From: a virus
Taxonomy: Duplodnaviria > Caudoviricetes
Virus record (IMG/VR): IMGVR_UViG_3300011437_000019
Coordinates: 1 to 34,466 of that record
Length of the DNA stretch: 34,466 nucleotides
Direction: 5' to 3' (one strand)
The notes under the pieces are model-generated. The model had not been told where the DNA came from. It worked only from the letters and a program-made list of their open reading frames with translations, and did not search any database. Below are positions 6,813-17,186 of this stretch, piece by piece. Position numbers and translations under genes: made by a program. Numbering within the stretch: the stretch's first letter is position 1; each line of letters opens with the position of its first letter.

Positions 6813-9800
6813 TTACTGGCCGGTCAAGGCCTCAAAGGGGTTAGCGAGGGATCGGCCGAGAAGGCTGCGGGACTGTGGCTTGCCCGTGAGTTGCTGGAGT
6901 CTTTGCTTCCTCGTGACTTCCTGCTGGTGCTGCCGGATCGCCGGGAACTCTTGCAGGACCTGTCGCCACGCGGCGAGGCGGTAACGCGAGATGACGCCTC
7001 GTACGAGTGACACGCGAGGCGACTCAGCGTCGGCATTACTTACCGGGCTTAGCGACTGATAGTAGGGCGACTTGAGGAGGTCGGTGAGGGCGGACCGGAT
7101 CGACTTGCCTCCGACCTTGACACTGCCGTGCAGCTCCCCCCAGCGGTCGAAGGCGCTCTGTCCGGTGCGCTTCGAGCGAATGTTGGTGAGCTCTAGACCG
7201 TCCTTGATGCGCTTAGGCGGACGGAAGCCGTAGCTGAGTTGGGCCAGCTCTCGGTTGATTGGGTCGTTGCTTACCTGCCGGTAGGAGACGGGCAGCACCG
7301 CGTTGGCGACCGCGAAGGCTTGGTCAGGCGTAGCCCCAAGTGATTGGGGGCGCAAGATCGGCTCCCCCAACAGGTTGCGGTACGGTTCGAGGTTGTCGCT
7401 CAACCCCGGCAGTTTAGCTTGGAGGGCGTCCCACAGACCGCGCACATCCCTCATAACGGGGTCGGTGGGGTCCACCAGGCCCTGCTTGAGGATGTTGGGG
7501 ACGAAGCTGGCGGCCATCCGCTGGACGTAGCGTTGTACGATCTTCTCGTCATCCCCAGCGCTCGTCAGCATCTGCATCGTCTCAGACAGTCCCTGCATGT
7601 AGGTCTTGCTGGCGAAGTTGTTAGCGACCGCGGCCAGCAAACCATACGTTACTGTTTCTAGCTCGGATTGGTCGTCCTCCTCCGCGTACCGTGCTCCGTC
7701 GACCATGTCCGCCGCTAAGCCCAACACCATAGCGAACGGGTCGAAGCGGGCATAGCTGAGGTACTTTTCACCGACCCGGATCGAGTACGGTTGCCACCCG
7801 GCGTTCTCCAGCAAGCGTCGCTGTTCGAGGTCGCGCGGGCCGGCGCCTGTGAGGCGGCCGGACGAGGCGGCGACGTAGGTGGTGGCGAGTGCCCCGATGC
7901 CGGCCGCGATCCGCCCCTTCGCTTCGGCGGAGCGCCTGACATCCCCGGACAACATGTCCTGCACGAAGCGACTTTGGCTGTTGCGGAGGGAGGCGAAGCG
8001 CTCGGGAGCCATCTTGAGCGCCATGACCTTCGCCACGCCCGGGAGGTCCAGGCGTTGCGCCGCAGACGTCGTAAGGTTGACGGACGTTCTGATGAAGGGC
8101 ATGATCAACCGGAATGTCGGGTGGTTGAGTGCCATCGAGTTTAGGCGGGCAGAGAAGCTTCCTGGCCGAAGGGGGGTCGTGGCGGCCACCTCGTTAGCGT
8201 ACTTCATGGCGCTGCCGCCCAGGGCGGAGAGCGCGGAGAAGCTGATCTCGCCGGCTTCGATCTTACTGCCGGCCCACTTCTGCGCAAAGTCTGAAGCCGA
8301 GCGCGGGTCGGTTATGCCGCGCTGCCGGGCGGCCAGCAAACCGCGGTCTAGGACGTTCTTGGTCGACAAGGCTTGCCCTTGGTCGACGAGGAGCTCCATG
8401 TTGTCCGCGACGAACTTCGACATCGCCTCCGGGTCCAGGCCACGCTTGGACGCCTCTCGCATGAGCATAGCCCGCGCGGAGGTCCGGTAGGTCATCTGCT
8501 TGGCCATCTCGTCGACGCCGCCGAGAAGGTTGCCGGGTATCGAGAACAGTCGAGATAGGTGTTTAGCACCGGTCGCTATCACCGAGTCCTCCGGCTCGAC
8601 CTGGTACAGGGCCCGACGCTCCGCGTTCGTGGACAGCTCACCTAGGGTACGCGAGCCCGGCTCTAGGATGTGGTCGCCGCCCATGGCCACGATCTTGCCG
8701 GCCTTGAAGGACTCCGGAGCGAAGTAGGCGAGTCCCGTGATCTCCCGGAAGGCGTCCGCGACGACGTCTGACCTCGCACTCAAGGCGCCGCCCAGCATTA
8801 GCTCGAACGGGCGGTAGACCGTGCTGGCTAAGTTTGACAACAGGGTCATCACGGGCGTCTTCGCACCCGACAGCATGGCGAAGTATCGGTACTCGTGAGT
8901 CCAACCCCAGAAGCCTTTCTGCTTGAGCAGCTTGGTAACCCCGGCGGCACCGGAGCCGTCCAAGGCTTCCTTGAACAGTTTTGCTGTACGCAGCATCACG
9001 TTACGACCTCCGACCGTGTCCAACTCATCGGTCCAGTTACGCGGCAGGTCGAGTGGCTTAGTCCCCAACGTCCGCAACGCCCGTCCCGTCTCGGTGCGTA
9101 GGCCGCGAATAGCCGGGGTCAGCTCTTTCAGGAAACCGACGACCTCGGCGAATCGCACCATGTCTTTATCGCTACCCTCGCCGCGCAGGATGACGTCTGC
9201 CAGCTTGCCTGCTTGCTTGCTGTAGGCATTCATCGCTCCACGGAACATCTCGGCGCGGGCGTTAGCGCGGATCAGTTGGTCGACCGGGTCGCCCGTCTCC
9301 TTGATCGAGCGTAGGAGTTGGTTACCAAGTTCTTCTGGGGAGGCGTGCGCGATGTCAGCCAGCTCCGCTAGGGTCTTCTCCGCGCGCTCGTCCAGACCCT
9401 GCTTGAGGAAGCCTTGTTTCTTTAGGTTGGCGATGTCGGCTTTGGCGGCGTGCTCGGCAAGCCCCTCCATGACGCGAACAGCCTGCAAGCCCGACAGCGG
9501 GCCACCCCAGTGACTCAAGTTGAGGTCGGTCGCTTCCAGCTCGTTCGCGATCAGCGAGGCCGTCGACAGGTCGCGGGGGTTGAGTTTAGCCTTCATCCCA
9601 GCCTCTCGCCGCTCGGCGATGCCGACCAGGAAGTCATTGACTTTCGCCTGGTCGACTCCCAAGCCCACCAGCAAGTCGGCCTCGGAGGCGGCGGCCGTCG
9701 TCGCGGTCTCGGGCCGCAGCTCGGGTGGCACGGTCGGCTTGCTAGGCGGGGGCGGCGCAACGGCAGGGTCCGCGTGCTCGGCCGCGGATTGCAAGGCGTC

Positions 9801-10616
9801 CGTCTCGGGACCGTTCAACCACGAGTCCTCGGGCTCTGGTTCTAGGCCGCGGGCCACGTCCTCGTCCTTGGCAGTGTTCAGGAGCTGCCGGGCTTCCTCG
9901 TCGGGCAGCTCGGCCTTGAGGGCCTTTACCGCGGCGCTGGCGGCTTCCTCGGCTCCCTTGCCCGCGTCCAGGGCGGCCTTGCGCGCCTTGCGCCCCGCGG
10001 CGACGGCCTTGACCCCTCGGAAGATCGTGTCGATCATGTACCCCGCCCCGAGCCCTTCTAGTACCTGCTCCAGACGGCCGCGCAGCTCCGACTCGTCCTC
10101 GTCGGCGGCGAGGATGTCGGTGACCGGGTTGGCCAGGATCGGGATGTTCTGGATCAGGTTGGACAAGCGCTCCTCGTGGCCGTCGAAGACGGTGAGGTCG
10201 GTGAGAGCTCCGGCGATCAGGCCACGGCGTACCGGGGTGGCGAACAGCTTGGCCGCTCGCCCGAGCTTGCCAGCGGTGGAGGCGAACTTCAAGGCGCCGC
10301 CGATCGGTACGAAGCCGGTGGCGAAGTTGACCGCGCCTTCCATGAAGCCGCCGAGGGCCGTCCGAGATGTGCCGAAGACGCGCTCGTCGTAGTCCGGTAG
10401 GGCGTCCCCGACTATAGCGTCGGCCAAGCCGTAGGTGTCCTGGATCGCTGCTTCAACGCCGCGCGGGACGGCCAGCACGGCGTCGGTCGCTCGGTCTAGG
10501 AAGCTTAGCTTACCCGGTGCTCGGGGCGCAGACTCGACGGGCGGCTCGGGTGTCCGCGGTTGCACCGGGGTCGGCGCTAGGTCCGCGAAGAGTTCCTCAT
10601 CAGACCAGTTTACCAT
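6813..10616 (-). CDS. Internal virion (ejection) protein D, gp16-like
   Basis: 1267 aa; MPFIRT, LTGAGP, GWQPYSI, YLSYARFDPF motifs; synteny. Confidence 0.82.
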   Translation of the reverse strand: MVNWSDEELFADLAPTPVQPRTPEPPVESAPRAPGKLSFLDRATDAVLAVPRGVEAAIQDTYGLADAIVGDALPDYDERVFGTSRTALGGFMEGAVNFATGFVPIGGALKFASTAGKLGRAAKLFATPVRRGLIAGALTDLTVFDGHEERLSNLIQNIPILANPVTDILAADEDESELRGRLEQVLEGLGAGYMIDTIFRGVKAVAAGRKARKAALDAGKGAEEAASAAVKALKAELPDEEARQLLNTAKDEDVARGLEPEPEDSWLNGPETDALQSAAEHADPAVAPPPPSKPTVPPELRPETATTAAASEADLLVGLGVDQAKVNDFLVGIAERREAGMKAKLNPRDLSTASLIANELEATDLNLSHWGGPLSGLQAVRVMEGLAEHAAKADIANLKKQGFLKQGLDERAEKTLAELADIAHASPEELGNQLLRSIKETGDPVDQLIRANARAEMFRGAMNAYSKQAGKLADVILRGEGSDKDMVRFAEVVGFLKELTPAIRGLRTETGRALRTLGTKPLDLPRNWTDELDTVGGRNVMLRTAKLFKEALDGSGAAGVTKLLKQKGFWGWTHEYRYFAMLSGAKTPVMTLLSNLASTVYRPFELMLGGALSARSDVVADAFREITGLAYFAPESFKAGKIVAMGGDHILEPGSRTLGELSTNAERRALYQVEPEDSVIATGAKHLSRLFSIPGNLLGGVDEMAKQMTYRTSARAMLMREASKRGLDPEAMSKFVADNMELLVDQGQALSTKNVLDRGLLAARQRGITDPRSASDFAQKWAGSKIEAGEISFSALSALGGSAMKYANEVAATTPLRPGSFSARLNSMALNHPTFRLIMPFIRTSVNLTTSAAQRLDLPGVAKVMALKMAPERFASLRNSQSRFVQDMLSGDVRRSAEAKGRIAAGIGALATTYVAASSGRLTGAGPRDLEQRRLLENAGWQPYSIRVGEKYLSYARFDPFAMVLGLAADMVDGARYAEEDDQSELETVTYGLLAAVANNFASKTYMQGLSETMQMLTSAGDDEKIVQRYVQRMAASFVPNILKQGLVDPTDPVMRDVRGLWDALQAKLPGLSDNLEPYRNLLGEPILRPQSLGATPDQAFAVANAVLPVSYRQVSNDPINRELAQLSYGFRPPKRIKDGLELTNIRSKRTGQSAFDRWGELHGSVKVGGKSIRSALTDLLKSPYYQSLSPVSNADAESPRVSLVRGVISRYRLAAWRQVLQEFPAIRQHQQEVTRKQRLQQLTGKPQSRSLLGRSLANPFEALTGQ

Positions 10617-10617
10617 G

Positions 10618-13404
10618 TCAGATTTCGGGGTTCGCCCGGTTGCGGTTGATAGCGTCGGTCTGGGCCTGCATCCACTCTCGGATGGCGCCAGGATCGTCGG
10701 GGATGTTGAACTTCTTGCGGAGCGCCTCCATCTTCTCGGGGCGTTGGGCCGCGTCGTTACGCATGGTCTGCACGGTAGGCCACATAGGCGTCGCGTACGG
10801 GTCGACGTCCTCGGGTCGCACCGTGATCTCCGCGGACTCGTTGACCAAGGCGGCGTGCTGTGCCAGCAGCTCGTCGATGTTGACAGGCCCGAAGGCCCCC
10901 ACGCTGCCGATGCGGGTCATCCCCACGCGCTTCAACGCTTCGGCCCGCTTAGCCGTCCTAGCTGACTCGCTGGTCTCCCGGAACTGCCGCGACCGGGTCA
11001 CGGTCATCTTGCCGTCGAGCACGGCCTGCGCCGGAACCCCGATCAGGCGGTACATGCTCATCGCGGCTGCGTCCCGGTCGGGGTCGTCCCTCAACTTGAA
11101 CACTTCCGAGGCGAACCGGTCTTCCACCTCGTACCTCTCGGTCCGACGGACAGGGTTGCGCTGCACGAACCGGCCGTAGTTGGAGTAGGTGTCACGCTTG
11201 ACTTTGGGGTGCCGACCCAGTAGGGGCTCGTCGCCGCGGAACGGGGCAGGGTCCTGAAGCCGGAGGTTCCAATCGGCGTGTTTCTGCCGCGCTGCGGCCA
11301 GGTCCACCGCGATCTTCTGCGCCTCCGGGATGCTCTTGCCCGCCTTGAGAGCCTCCTCGGTCGCGCTGCTTTCTGGGGTTGTCCCTTGTAGCTCGTCGAG
11401 GATCTCGGGCACAGCGCCGTCTAGCGAGCGGGGGAACTGCCGGGGGTCGGTTGTGGCGCGGTTGGTGTCGATCCAGAGGTCCAGTTGGCGCCGGAACTGA
11501 AACACGGCGTCGCTGGCGCGCTCGAAGTCCTGTTGAGTCGTAGGCTCCCCCTCCACCTTACCCTCGTTCAGGGCCTGGTTGTACAGCCGCGACTCGGCGT
11601 CCTGCACGCTCTCGCGCTTGTAGAGGACGTCCCGGTCCGAGGCCGTCTCGTTCTGCTGAAGGTAGTGCTGCTTCTCCTGCGACCCGATCTTGCCTTTGGC
11701 AAAGGCGCGTTCGATGAACTCCCGGCCGTCCTGCCCCTTGTCGTTGAGCTCGCGCAGCTGGTCCAGGAACTCCTGGCGCTGCTGCGTCTGACCTTCGCGG
11801 AACTTGGTGGTCTCGGTGTTGATCTGTACCTCGCGCTGATTGATGAACTCCCTAAGCTGCTGCTCTGCGTTGGGCTGCCCCCGGAGGCTGGCGGCGAAGG
11901 CGTAGTAATCGCGGTTGAAGGATTCGACCTCGCCCCGGACCCGGATGCGCCACTCGACGTCGACGTCCGACGCATACTGAGAGAACTCTTGCTCCTTGGC
12001 CTTGAGGCGTTCCAGGGCCTCGTTGCGCGGGCCGAAGCCCTCGATGAGGGGCTCCAGCGACGCGGCCTGCGCCAGGTCGGCCTTCATGGCGGCCAGGTCC
12101 TTAGGCAGGATAGCGATGTTGGGATCGGTCAGGCCCGCCTCATAGTACGCCTGTGCGCCCTCCACGTCCCCGGCCACGATCCTGGCCTGGAAATCTTTTA
12201 GGAAGCCGGGGGTGGTCGACTGCGACTCCTCGACCTTCTTGGCGGTCTCGCGCAGCTTCTGAAGCAGGATGCCGCGCAGCTTGGGGTCGGTCACCTCGGC
12301 CTTGAGCCGGACCTCTTCCTCAGCCACATCGGCCGCGTAGGAGGCGCCGGAGTCGAGGGTCTCGGTGAAGGAGGTGATCCACTCCCCCTCCCGAGCGTCG
12401 ACGGCCGCCTTGACCTCCAGGTCGGGCTTCTGCGCCTCGCGGACGCGATCGCGGTCCTGCTGAGCGATGAGGTCATCGCGAAGCTGTTCGATAGCCAGGC
12501 CCGTCTCGGGGTCGTCGCGCAGGGCCAGGCCCTCTACCTTGAGCTGTTCGGCGTCTTCGAGGAGCAGTAGGGCCGACTCGGCGCCGCCCTCGGCGCGACG
12601 CGCGCGAGCGACGGACAACCGCAAGGCGTCCAGCACCAGCCCGCGGGGGTCCTTGACTGTCTTCTCGGTCATCGCCTGCTGAACGTGGGCGCTCAGTCCC
12701 TGGAGCATGTCAGGCGTGACATCGTCCGCCATGGCGACCTCGTCGAACTTCTGCGCCATCTCCTTGGTCAGGTTGGAGCGGTGGAACTTGTCCTCGGCGT
12801 CTAAGCGCAGCTCGGAAGCCGCTAGGCGGGCCTTGGCGTCGAACTGCTCTCGCAACCCGATCGCGGCATCGCGGCCGTAGGTGTTCTGCAAGACCGGGTT
12901 GTCCGCGATCTTGGCGTACTCCTCCTGCATGATCTGTTCGATGTCGGCCGGCTCCTGCGGCTGCCCGTCGGGGCCCACCACCTGAGCGGTCTCTTCAAGG
13001 CGTGCCGAGACGCCGGCCTGGTAGGAGGTCACCAGTTGACGCGCAGCCGCCTCGTAGTAGCCGACGCGGCCCCAGGGGCTTTGGAGCGGCTTGATCTTAC
13101 CTTCCTCGACCAGCTTGCGGAAGGCTTTGCGGTTCGCCTTGGGGTCCTCGACCGCGGCAGCTTGCGCCTGTGCCGCAAACTGCGGGTTCTCGACGGCGAA
13201 GGCCCGGCCCGCTGCGAGCTGCTTCTCCTTGTCGCGCTCGGCCTTAGCGCGGAGGAAGTCTTGGATCGACGAGGACAGGCCGGCGAAGTCCTGGACCAGG
13301 TCGAGCCCCGCCTTGGACGGGCTCGCGAACGTGTCGACCGGCCGAGCTCTCGGGGAGAGCTGAGTGTCGATGCGCAGGTCTTGGACCTGCTGACGGCGTA
13401 CCAT
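10618..13404 (-). CDS. Internal virion protein C, gp15-like
   Basis: Long helical protein between the gp14- and gp16-like genes. Start moved to ATG 13404 (MVRRQQ), since the ORF-track extension overlaps gp14. Confidence 0.72.
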   Translation of the reverse strand: MVRRQQVQDLRIDTQLSPRARPVDTFASPSKAGLDLVQDFAGLSSSIQDFLRAKAERDKEKQLAAGRAFAVENPQFAAQAQAAAVEDPKANRKAFRKLVEEGKIKPLQSPWGRVGYYEAAARQLVTSYQAGVSARLEETAQVVGPDGQPQEPADIEQIMQEEYAKIADNPVLQNTYGRDAAIGLREQFDAKARLAASELRLDAEDKFHRSNLTKEMAQKFDEVAMADDVTPDMLQGLSAHVQQAMTEKTVKDPRGLVLDALRLSVARARRAEGGAESALLLLEDAEQLKVEGLALRDDPETGLAIEQLRDDLIAQQDRDRVREAQKPDLEVKAAVDAREGEWITSFTETLDSGASYAADVAEEEVRLKAEVTDPKLRGILLQKLRETAKKVEESQSTTPGFLKDFQARIVAGDVEGAQAYYEAGLTDPNIAILPKDLAAMKADLAQAASLEPLIEGFGPRNEALERLKAKEQEFSQYASDVDVEWRIRVRGEVESFNRDYYAFAASLRGQPNAEQQLREFINQREVQINTETTKFREGQTQQRQEFLDQLRELNDKGQDGREFIERAFAKGKIGSQEKQHYLQQNETASDRDVLYKRESVQDAESRLYNQALNEGKVEGEPTTQQDFERASDAVFQFRRQLDLWIDTNRATTDPRQFPRSLDGAVPEILDELQGTTPESSATEEALKAGKSIPEAQKIAVDLAAARQKHADWNLRLQDPAPFRGDEPLLGRHPKVKRDTYSNYGRFVQRNPVRRTERYEVEDRFASEVFKLRDDPDRDAAAMSMYRLIGVPAQAVLDGKMTVTRSRQFRETSESARTAKRAEALKRVGMTRIGSVGAFGPVNIDELLAQHAALVNESAEITVRPEDVDPYATPMWPTVQTMRNDAAQRPEKMEALRKKFNIPDDPGAIREWMQAQTDAINRNRANPEI

Positions 13405-13408
13405 AAGA

Positions 13409-13900
13409 TCAGGCTTTGGGTTTGGCGGGGGCCGAGTTGTAGCCGCCGATAGCGGCACTGGCGATCTGCAAGCCGACGCCAAGCGGGCTCTGGTGTGGGA
13501 CGGCGTTGAAACGGTCTTGTTGCTGGGCCTGGATGCCGAGGCGCTGCGAGGCCAGGTCGAGCTCCGCGGCGCGTAGGTCGTGCAACTTGGTCGCCGTATT
13601 CTCGGCCTGCTGTCTCTCGAAGTCGTTGTAGAGCGACTCGATCGTGTTGCCCGCGACGCCGCCTCCGGCCGCCCCGGCTTGGAGCGCACCGCGAGCCTGT
13701 TGGCTTTCCCGGACGACCGAACGGATCGACATGGCGGTTGCCTCGCGCTCCTGGTTCTGGCGTTGCTCGACGTTCTTGTACTGCGAGATGGCCGAAGCGG
13801 TGGCCTGCTTCTCGTTCTCGTCGGCAACTTCCTCCTGCGCGCGGGCGCTTAGGGCGGCCATACTGGCCATCGCGACAGCCATAGAGACGGGATCACACAT
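13409..13900 (-). CDS. Internal virion protein B, gp14-like
   Basis: MCDPVSMA start, Ala/Gln-rich, AAGGGVAGNT motif. Confidence 0.8.
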   Translation of the reverse strand: MCDPVSMAVAMASMAALSARAQEEVADENEKQATASAISQYKNVEQRQNQEREATAMSIRSVVRESQQARGALQAGAAGGGVAGNTIESLYNDFERQQAENTATKLHDLRAAELDLASQRLGIQAQQQDRFNAVPHQSPLGVGLQIASAAIGGYNSAPAKPKA

Positions 13901-14258
13901 GATGTTTTGTTAGATAGTTGAGGGCCGCTTGTAGGGTAACGCGATTGTCTTTGAAGGCTCCCAGTCCTCGATTACACTCACCACACAATAGTGCACGAAC
14001 CGCGCCGGTGGAGTGATCATGATCCACGTTGAGGGCAGTAGAAGAGGTTTGAGTGCAGATAGCGCAACGACCACCCTGTTGAACTAACATCTTATCGTAC
14101 TGACCTATCGTGAGGCCATAAGTTCTGCGAAGACGATAGTCTCGTTTCCGACCGGGATTGCGCTTCTCCCATTGACGCTGCCTTTCTAAACACTGTTGGC
14201 GGTTTTTATGATACCAGCGTCGCGCATACTCAGCTTGTTTCTTTTTGTCGGTACTCAC
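13893..14258 (-). CDS. Endonuclease VII-family free-standing (homing) endonuclease
   Basis: YGLT..QY..M...QGGRCAIC, VDHDHSTGAVRALLCGECNRGLG; lower GC. Start at GTG 14258 is inferred. Confidence 0.85.
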   Translation of the reverse strand: MSTDKKKQAEYARRWYHKNRQQCLERQRQWEKRNPGRKRDYRLRRTYGLTIGQYDKMLVQQGGRCAICTQTSSTALNVDHDHSTGAVRALLCGECNRGLGAFKDNRVTLQAALNYLTKHHV

Positions 14259-14715
14259 AGGCGTAATAGGTTGCAGAGACGAAGGGTCGCTCTTCGACCC
14301 CGAAGCGGTCCACAACGCGACCGAGTTCAAATTCGAGCCAACGTAGCCACCGTAAATGAACTGTGTTTCGACAGTCCACCATGTTAGTGACAAGGTCGTA
14401 GTCCGCCGCGACCTTCTCCAACCATTCCTTCGACTGGCGTAGGAAGGTGATAGGGAACGCCTCGATATCCTTAGACCCCAGGAGCCAGACGTAGCCGATC
14501 GTGGGGTCCAGGGTTGACTTGATCACGCCGAACATCGCCGCAGGTCGACCCTCGTACTCCACGGTCCAACACTTACCGTGCTGAAGACCGTGGAGTAGGG
14601 ACTTCATCGGGCTGTGCCCGCAGGCGGCCTTGACCTCGGCCTCGTCCTCGGGGCGCAGGCGATCGTGTAGGGCCAGCACGTCGTCCTCCGTGGCCGGACG
14701 GACTTCGACACTCAC
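14230..14715 (-). CDS. Internal virion protein A / gp13-like GNAT-fold protein
   Basis: LRPEDEAEV, VWLLGS, NMVDCRNTVHLRWLRWLEF; GTGA overlap with the tail tube B stop. Confidence 0.8.
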   Translation of the reverse strand: MSVEVRPATEDDVLALHDRLRPEDEAEVKAACGHSPMKSLLHGLQHGKCWTVEYEGRPAAMFGVIKSTLDPTIGYVWLLGSKDIEAFPITFLRQSKEWLEKVAADYDLVTNMVDCRNTVHLRWLRWLEFELGRVVDRFGVEERPFVSATYYACEYRQKETS

Positions 14716-17186
14716 GCGCCAAACCTCGCCGCCCGCCCGCGCAACTGCCCTTCCCACTCGCCGTTGATCAGGTTCAGCGGGAGCGGCCCCGGCGCGGACA
14801 AGGTCACGGTTAGTTGGTCGGCCCGACTCTGCACCGGGATTCTCAGTTTGCCGTCCGACAGCGTCAAGGCCCCCAAGACCGTCACGACGGAACCCGCCAC
14901 AGGCGAGGAGAATTCCTTGGTCGTCGCGGTGCGGCTGGCGGCGTTGATGGTGGCCCGGAGTCCGGCGGTGTCCTCAAAGAACACCTCCAGGGCGCGCAGT
15001 TGCCAACGTGGCTGGCCGACGCGCACCTGCCCACCGTTCGGCCCGGCTTCGCGAAGCACCGGCTTGGCGATGGTGATGAAGGACTCGTAGCCCTGACCTA
15101 CATAGAACAGGTCCGCTGACAGGTCACCGTTGACCGTGACCGTGTTGCTACCGGTCGAGACGGGCGTCAGGACGTGGCCGCCCTCCACCACGCCGCTCAG
15201 GGACTGCCGGGTCACGACCTGCATGTCGGCACCGGCTTCCAAGTCATACGGGAGCGTGATGACGGTCGTGTCCGGGCCCGCCGAGTAGACGGCGGTGACG
15301 CCAGTCGTGTCGTCCCGGACCCGGCGGTCCAGGTGAACGGTGTAGCTGGAGTCCTCATCGACCACGCCGGAGCCCACGCTCATGCGATAGAGGAATAGGC
15401 CCTCAGTCTGCTGCACCAGCAGGTAGAGCTTGTGCTCCAACCAACCGACGCTGCGGACTTCTGCGCCAGGCCCGAAGTCGTAGGTGCTCCAGGCGGACTG
15501 GATGCGCTGGTTGCCGCTGTAGAAGAGCTGGTAGACCCAGAGCTTGTTCAGGTCCCCGTCCGCGCGTCCGACCACGACGTTCTCCAAGTTACAGGCGGCA
15601 AGCTGCGTCAGAGACCCCTCGATGTAGCGCCTGGCGTGAGCCGAGATGTCCTCCGCGTCGAAGCTGATCTCCGTAGCCTGGAACATGTCGCGGATGCCGG
15701 AGAACTCCCCGTTGCCGTAGGGGAAGAAGACGCTGCGGCCCACCGTGACGGCCTCGACCCCGAACAGGTTCTCGTAATCCAGGGCGGGCTGGCTGGAGAT
15801 GGTGCTTGGCGTGATGAGGCCGGTGCTACTATCGACCAGGAACTGCGTCTGGCCGGAGAAGACGATGAGGCGCTCGTCCGAGGGAACCGCGTCGTGAAGC
15901 TGAACGACCTTGGTATGTGACAGAGCGACGTCGATGGGGTCACTGTCGGGGACCGAGGTGATCGTGGTGCGCCAGAAGTTGAAGAATAGGTTGGACTCAG
16001 AGAGGATCAAGTTCGGCCCGGACAAGAACCCCAGCCGGCCCTGGAAGAAGAAGAGGTCCTGGATGGTCCGGTCCTCGTCGACCGTCGACATGAAGCTGGG
16101 TTGCTCGTTAGTCGCCTCGTCGCCGACCAGGCGGTCGTCCCAGTCGATCACGGTCCACTCGAAGTAAATCTGGTCAGGCGTGCCGGTCACGGTCCCGAGC
16201 CCGTCGTCCTGCCGACGGGTCAGCTTGTGCGGCATCGTGGTCGCGTCGAAGGCGTACTCAATGTTCGGGGCCAGCGTCTCCGTCCAGACGCCGGTCTCGG
16301 TCGACTGCGCGTCACCGGTGTCGTTGTCGCCAACGAACTTGACGTAGTAGTCGTCGACCGTGCCGCCTTCCGGGTTGCCAACAATCTTGACGAGGAAGCC
16401 CTCGGCCGCCACCTGGGGCAGGTCCGTGAAGTTGCGGACCGTCTGCCATATGCGAATCATTGACTCGTCGCCGCGGCCGTCCGTCACGAAGAGCTTGCGG
16501 ATCTCAGCGTTGCAGACTAGGTCGATGACGGAGCCCTGTCGCGTGGCGGTGACGCCGCTGATGGTGTCGAGCTGGGTCTCCAAGGACTCGGCGATGTCCT
16601 CGTTGGTGTCGTAGCTGTCCTCGTCCGTCTTGAACGACGCCGTCAGCCCGGTGCCGGCTTGTAAGCGCAGGCGCACCTTGTAGGTTTGGAAGGGGCTGGA
16701 GGAGCGAACGAAGACCATCGCGTGGTCGCCACCGACGGGCTTGGTCGGGTCATCCGGGGACAGGGCGGCATCCATCGCGGTCACCTTGGTGGTGTTGAGG
16801 ATGATCGTCGTGTCCGCGATAGTCAGGGCGCGGAAGGGGCCGGTGTCGAGGTAGCTGAAGTCGGGGACGAACGGTGTCACCGGGTCGTGCACGGGGTACT
16901 GTGTTCCGTCTTCCCCGAACACCAGGATCTCGTCTTGCCGGATCACGGCGAGGTACTTCTCCTGCGCGTCGCGTGCGATGACGTGCAGCAGCACGTTCTC
17001 CGAGACGTCCACGTCGCCATCGATGGCCTTGACGACATGCTCCGTAGGCCGGCGTTGCTTCAGCCCGTCAGCCGGCGACGCCCACATGTTGTGTTGGGCC
17101 TCTACCTGGTTGTTCAGGCGCAGCGACTCAGGCTGTTGGCTGACCCCCCCGTACCAGTTAGGGATCGGCGTTCTTATGAGCGGCAT
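14712..17186 (-). CDS. Tail tubular protein B (gp12-like)
   Basis: GGVSQQP, GLKQRRPT, FFQGRLGFLSG, NFWRTT...DSDPID, QSAWS motifs; start at ATG 17186 (TAATG overlap). Confidence 0.93.
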   Translation of the reverse strand: MPLIRTPIPNWYGGVSQQPESLRLNNQVEAQHNMWASPADGLKQRRPTEHVVKAIDGDVDVSENVLLHVIARDAQEKYLAVIRQDEILVFGEDGTQYPVHDPVTPFVPDFSYLDTGPFRALTIADTTIILNTTKVTAMDAALSPDDPTKPVGGDHAMVFVRSSSPFQTYKVRLRLQAGTGLTASFKTDEDSYDTNEDIAESLETQLDTISGVTATRQGSVIDLVCNAEIRKLFVTDGRGDESMIRIWQTVRNFTDLPQVAAEGFLVKIVGNPEGGTVDDYYVKFVGDNDTGDAQSTETGVWTETLAPNIEYAFDATTMPHKLTRRQDDGLGTVTGTPDQIYFEWTVIDWDDRLVGDEATNEQPSFMSTVDEDRTIQDLFFFQGRLGFLSGPNLILSESNLFFNFWRTTITSVPDSDPIDVALSHTKVVQLHDAVPSDERLIVFSGQTQFLVDSSTGLITPSTISSQPALDYENLFGVEAVTVGRSVFFPYGNGEFSGIRDMFQATEISFDAEDISAHARRYIEGSLTQLAACNLENVVVGRADGDLNKLWVYQLFYSGNQRIQSAWSTYDFGPGAEVRSVGWLEHKLYLLVQQTEGLFLYRMSVGSGVVDEDSSYTVHLDRRVRDDTTGVTAVYSAGPDTTVITLPYDLEAGADMQVVTRQSLSGVVEGGHVLTPVSTGSNTVTVNGDLSADLFYVGQGYESFITIAKPVLREAGPNGGQVRVGQPRWQLRALEVFFEDTAGLRATINAASRTATTKEFSSPVAGSVVTVLGALTLSDGKLRIPVQSRADQLTVTLSAPGPLPLNLINGEWEGQLRGRAARFGA

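Noticed and set aside
13405-13827. N-terminal extensions in the ORF track (gp15-like here; also RNAP, tail tube B, RusA, UDG)
   Set aside because: They overlap upstream genes. Downstream starts with stop/start coupling fit better.
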